DNA of 20,000 nucleotides from an uncultured virus (IMG/VR IMGVR_UViG_3300007229_000009) (taxonomy: Duplodnaviria > Heunggongvirae > Uroviricota > Caudoviricetes > Crassvirales), in the IMG/VR virus record IMGVR_UViG_3300007229_000009. One strand, written 5' to 3'. The notes beneath the pieces were generated by a model. It searched no databases and was not told the origin of the DNA. It saw nothing but the letters and a program-made list of their open reading frames with translations. Shown here piece after piece: positions 17,562-20,000 of this stretch. Both the position numbers and the translations under genes were made by a program. How positions within the stretch are numbered: position 1 is the first letter of the stretch; every line of letters starts with the position of its first letter.

Positions 17562-17903
17562 TTATTTATATTTTTTCTTCAACCTTCTAGCTATTCCTTC
17601 CGCCCTACTTGCAGATATTTTTTTTGTTCTAACTCTTCTATTACCATTTCTGGTTCTGGAAACATACTTAGTAAATTCACCATTGTTTTCGCTAACCTGT
17701 TTAAATTTACTTTTTTGTGTAGTTTTATTTCCTTTAGTTTTTGTTGTAGTTTTGCTGTATGAAACATTTGGCTTATTGCCATAAGCGGGAGTATTAGAGG
17801 ATTCAGAAACAGTTTTACTTTTCTTTTTCTTACCCATTTTTTGATTAGACTTGGTTGAAGAACGAAGTCTAATATATTCAGGATCATTTTTTTTCTTAGC
17901 CAT
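17562..17903 (-). CDS. Very Lys/Arg/Ser/Thr-rich basic protein (113 aa)
   Basis: MAKKKNDPEY start like its neighbours; tiles between adjacent genes. Confidence 0.75.
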   Translation of the reverse strand: MAKKKNDPEYIRLRSSTKSNQKMGKKKKSKTVSESSNTPAYGNKPNVSYSKTTTKTKGNKTTQKSKFKQVSENNGEFTKYVSRTRNGNRRVRTKKISASRAEGIARRLKKKYK

Positions 17904-17913
17904 AATTTTTTAT

Positions 17914-18189
17914 TTAACATCTCCAACGTCTACGAGCTGCACAAATTCTTTTTTCTGGAGTCTTAGAACAATTAATATTGTGCATACGCATTTGACCAGC
18001 AGACCTAGAGCAATAAGACTTTCTTCTTTTTGACCTCATTTTGCTAGGTTTCTTTTCAGTAACCGCAGTTTTTAGGTTTGATCCAGGATTGGCTCTTTTA
18101 TATGCAGCCACCCCTCTAGCAGTCATACCCGCACCAGATGATGTGGACCTATAGTTACCTCCTTTGCCTGTGGTTCTTGCTATAGGCAT
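17914..18189 (-). CDS. Basic phage protein, DUF6321-like (91 aa)
   Basis: GAGMTARGVAAYKRANPGSNLKTAVT..RRKSYCSRSAGQM..RICAARRRWRC matches my recollection of the DUF6321 pattern. Confidence 0.75.
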   Translation of the reverse strand: MPIARTTGKGGNYRSTSSGAGMTARGVAAYKRANPGSNLKTAVTEKKPSKMRSKRRKSYCSRSAGQMRMHNINCSKTPEKRICAARRRWRC

Positions 18190-18191
18190 AA

Positions 18192-18305
18192 TTATTTCTT
18201 TTTCTTAGGAACACAATTTGGAACTTCTTTTCCGTTCTTCATTTTCATTCCATATGCAATAAAACCTTTCCAACATGGGTTCTTCATTTTCTTTTTTCTA
18301 GCCAT
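18192..18305 (-). CDS. Basic microprotein with CWKG..VPNCVP motif (37 aa)
   Basis: Hand translated: MARKKKMKNPCWKGFIAYGMKMKNGKEVPNCVPKKKK. Confidence 0.85.
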   Translation of the reverse strand: MARKKKMKNPCWKGFIAYGMKMKNGKEVPNCVPKKKK

Positions 18306-18308
18306 AAT

Positions 18309-18491
18309 TTATTTTTTCAAGTGATCCATATTTTTAGGATATGTATTTAATCCAACTGTTGTCCATGCAGTTTTTTTAACCCCTTGTGGTAATAAATGAC
18401 TTTTAATTTTTTTTACTGGTTTTCTTTTTGATATAATTTTATCAATGTCTTTGTTTTTAAAATTGATACTGTTGTAATCTTTTTTAGCCAT
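18309..18491 (-). CDS. Basic microprotein (60 aa)
   Basis: MAKKDYNSINFKNKDIDKIISKRKPVKKIK...; 3-4 bp spacers to neighbours. Confidence 0.75.
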   Translation of the reverse strand: MAKKDYNSINFKNKDIDKIISKRKPVKKIKSHLLPQGVKKTAWTTVGLNTYPKNMDHLKK

Positions 18492-18495
18492 AATA

Positions 18496-18648
18496 TTAAT
18501 ATGATGAGTTCATTTTTTTCTCCATACCGTAGTTTGGATTATTTTTTACTTTACCTCCATTCATTTTTGCATATTGGTGAGCCTGTGCTTTACCTACTGC
18601 ATTGTATGGAAATACTTTATTACCAGATTTTGATTTTACTGTTGGCAT
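18496..18648 (-). CDS. Basic microprotein (50 aa)
   Basis: Hand translated: MPTVKSKSGNKVFPYNAVGKAQAHQYAKMNGGKVKNNPNYGMEKKMNSSY. Confidence 0.8.
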   Translation of the reverse strand: MPTVKSKSGNKVFPYNAVGKAQAHQYAKMNGGKVKNNPNYGMEKKMNSSY

Positions 18649-18673
18649 AATTATATTTTTAAAATATTAAACT

Positions 18674-18799
18674 TTATCTACCTTGTCCACGATAAGCCTT
18701 CTTGTAAGCATTTTGACTACGCGAAGCATTCTTACTATGAACACCAGGTCTTTTCTTTTTACCTTTCGACAAATAAGATACGAAATTATTTAAAGCCAT
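18674..18799 (-). CDS. Basic microprotein ending YRGQGR (41 aa)
   Basis: Hand translated: MALNNFVSYLSKGKKKRPGVHSKNASRSQNAYKKAYRGQGR. I recall the C-terminal YRGQG motif from other small phage proteins. Confidence 0.85.
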   Translation of the reverse strand: MALNNFVSYLSKGKKKRPGVHSKNASRSQNAYKKAYRGQGR

Positions 18800-18801
18800 T
18801 A

Positions 18802-18897
18802 TTAGATAATAACTCTTTTACTTTCTTTCTTTACGCTTGGCGATTTGACTGCAACTTTTTTTGGAGCTGCTTTTTTTACTACTTTTTTCTTAGCCAT
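18802..18897 (-). CDS. Histone-H1-like Lys/Ala/Pro microprotein (31 aa)
   Basis: Hand translated: MAKKKVVKKAAPKKVAVKSPSVKKESKRVII; first ORF after the promoter motif at 18927-18934. Confidence 0.75.
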   Translation of the reverse strand: MAKKKVVKKAAPKKVAVKSPSVKKESKRVII

Positions 18898-18926
18898 AAT
18901 TTTTGTTATTAAAATAATTATATTTA

Positions 18927-18934
18927 CAAATATA
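18927..18934 (-). promoter_or_regulatory. Bacteroidota-type -7 promoter element heading the microprotein operon (TATATTTG)
   Basis: Exact TAnnTTTG match in the 51-bp divergent intergenic gap. Confidence 0.65.
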
Positions 18935-18948
18935 CTAACTTTAATTTA

Positions 18949-19434
18949 ATGAAATCTAAAGGCGTCTATCAGCGCAAGGCAACATCAAGAATTACACCTT
19001 CCCACAACTATTTAAAATACTGGAGAGTCATTAGGTATTGGGTTAAGGCTAAGTACAAATTATCTACACCTGATCTTGAGATGTTATTGTTTTTATACAG
19101 TGAGGATATATTCAACAAAGAACAGTTTAAAAAGTATGAAGAGGTTATGAGTTGGGAGTATCCTAGGTTTGCTAGACTTCTTCGTGACGACTGGATTCAT
19201 GTTTGGAGAAAACGTGAGGGTAATAAGGCTACACTTTATGAGCTTACTTACAAGGCCAAGCGCATCATAACAATGATTTATAAAAAATTAAATGGTGAGG
19301 AGATTGCGGAGACTGCACACTCTAACCCTTTATTTAGAAATGATGCATCGTACATGGATAAGGTCTACCGTAATACGATTATTGAGATGAATGATTTTAT
19401 AAAACAACAACGACATCTCTCTCAAGAATTATAG
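18949..19434 (+). CDS. Putative MarR-like winged-helix DNA-binding protein
   Basis: KYKLSTPDLEMLLFLY...RLLRDDWIHVWRKREGNKATLYELTYKAKRII follows the MarR pattern (L-T/S..Q/D..L..L ... L...G.I.R......YxLT.KG). 161 aa; the only credible + strand gene. Confidence 0.55.
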   Translation: MKSKGVYQRKATSRITPSHNYLKYWRVIRYWVKAKYKLSTPDLEMLLFLYSEDIFNKEQFKKYEEVMSWEYPRFARLLRDDWIHVWRKREGNKATLYELTYKAKRIITMIYKKLNGEEIAETAHSNPLFRNDASYMDKVYRNTIIEMNDFIKQQRHLSQEL

Positions 19435-19654
19435 TATACTGTTTGTCGTTAATTATCATAGTATATCCAGACATCTTGTCATAGTATATTAGGTCCCCTT
19501 CTTCTATATCACTTACATTGGTCCCAGGCTTCACCACCTTACCTTTTTTATATCTAAAATCTTTTATGTCGTTTGCAGACAATAACAACCCAGAGTCAGT
19601 CTTTATCTCCTCTTCAATTGTGTCGATAATAATGTATTTATTTATAGGGATCAT
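19397..19654 (-). CDS. groES: Co-chaperonin GroES (phage-encoded)
   Basis: PINKYIII..EEIKTDSGLLL (mobile loop)..GKVVKPG..IEEGDLIYY....G..IINDKQYTIILERDVV. Confidence 0.92.
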   Translation of the reverse strand: MIPINKYIIIDTIEEEIKTDSGLLLSANDIKDFRYKKGKVVKPGTNVSDIEEGDLIYYDKMSGYTMIINDKQYTIILERDVVVVL

Positions 19655-20000
19655 GCTCGTTTATGTGTTATTATTGCATTAGTTGATAGTATTGTTGTGG
19701 CTACAGACACTGCATTGACCAGTGCATTCTTAGTTACTTTAAGTGGATCGATTACACCTAACACATACATGTCATCAACATCTTCATTCTTAACATCGTA
19801 TCCTATATTACCCCCCATATGTTGGAACTTACTAATTATCTCCGTCACATCTTTACCTGCATTAATAATAATTTGTTTTAATGGCACTTGTATTGCTTGG
19901 GCTAATATCTCACCAGCTACTTGTATGTTGGGTTCGTTCTCAAATGGCTTGTATGACTTAATATATTCTTTTAAAAACCTAGCACAATGAAATAGTGCCA
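19651..20000 (-). CDS. groEL: Chaperonin GroEL, C-terminal part; truncated by the right edge
   Basis: Frame is open to the edge: ALFHCA..AGEILAQAIQVPLKQIIINAG..GYDVK..DMYVLGVIDPLKVTKNALVNAVSVATTILST, matching the GroEL equatorial C-terminus. Confidence 0.95.
   Translation of the reverse strand, partial: ALFHCARFLKEYIKSYKPFENEPNIQVAGEILAQAIQVPLKQIIINAGKDVTEIISKFQHMGGNIGYDVKNEDVDDMYVLGVIDPLKVTKNALVNAVSVATTILSTNAIITHKRA

Noticed and set aside
17591..17926. 111-aa alternate-frame ORF overlapping 17562..17903
   Set aside because: The MAKKK frame matches the start pattern and tiling of its neighbours; the alternate frame is probably a by-product of A-rich sequence.
280..18033. Plus-strand ORFs in the track (280, 915, 3522, 5342, 7832, 8678, 10578, 11595, 12328, 12741, 15331, 16186, 16382, 16416, 17007, 17514, 17851)
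   Set aside because: All are antisense shadows of well-supported minus-strand genes and have no recognisable motifs.
19697..19990. 97-aa + strand ORF
   Set aside because: Antisense to groEL.
1..20000. Stop-codon reassignment as in some crAss-like phages
   Set aside because: Long genes are intact under code 11, and TAG and TGA end genes at sensible boundaries.
19397..20000. groEL/groES as host chromosome flanking a prophage
   Set aside because: Reversed gene order, divergent sequence, missing GGM tail and seamless overlap with phage-like genes indicate viral copies; no att site or integrase seen.

Overview
AT-rich, gene-dense segment of a tailed dsDNA phage genome. The host is most likely Bacteroidota (Flavobacteriia-like), inferred from TAnnTTTG promoter motifs, the lack of Shine-Dalgarno sites and a Q-rule signal peptide. 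Nearly all real genes lie on the minus strand. In transcription order (right to left): the 3' end of a phage GroEL followed by GroES; one divergent MarR-like winged-helix gene (the only credible + strand gene); an array of 12 tightly packed Lys/Arg-rich microproteins (31-113 aa, 7 of them missing from the supplied ORF track); a head-spike-base-like protein; two paralogous TM/coiled-coil proteins; an exported thioredoxin-like protein; an amidase endolysin and a holin; a modular fibre locus (anchor, extender, three S74-chaperone fibres and small partner proteins); a tandem double-GroES-like protein; a putative terminase small subunit; and the 5' part of the large terminase. The main leads are the cationic microprotein array, the three-part chaperonin set with cavity-enlarging changes, and CpG-rich 30-bp junction repeats conserved at the DNA level between fibre modules. 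Family names come from motif recognition only; no database search was run.
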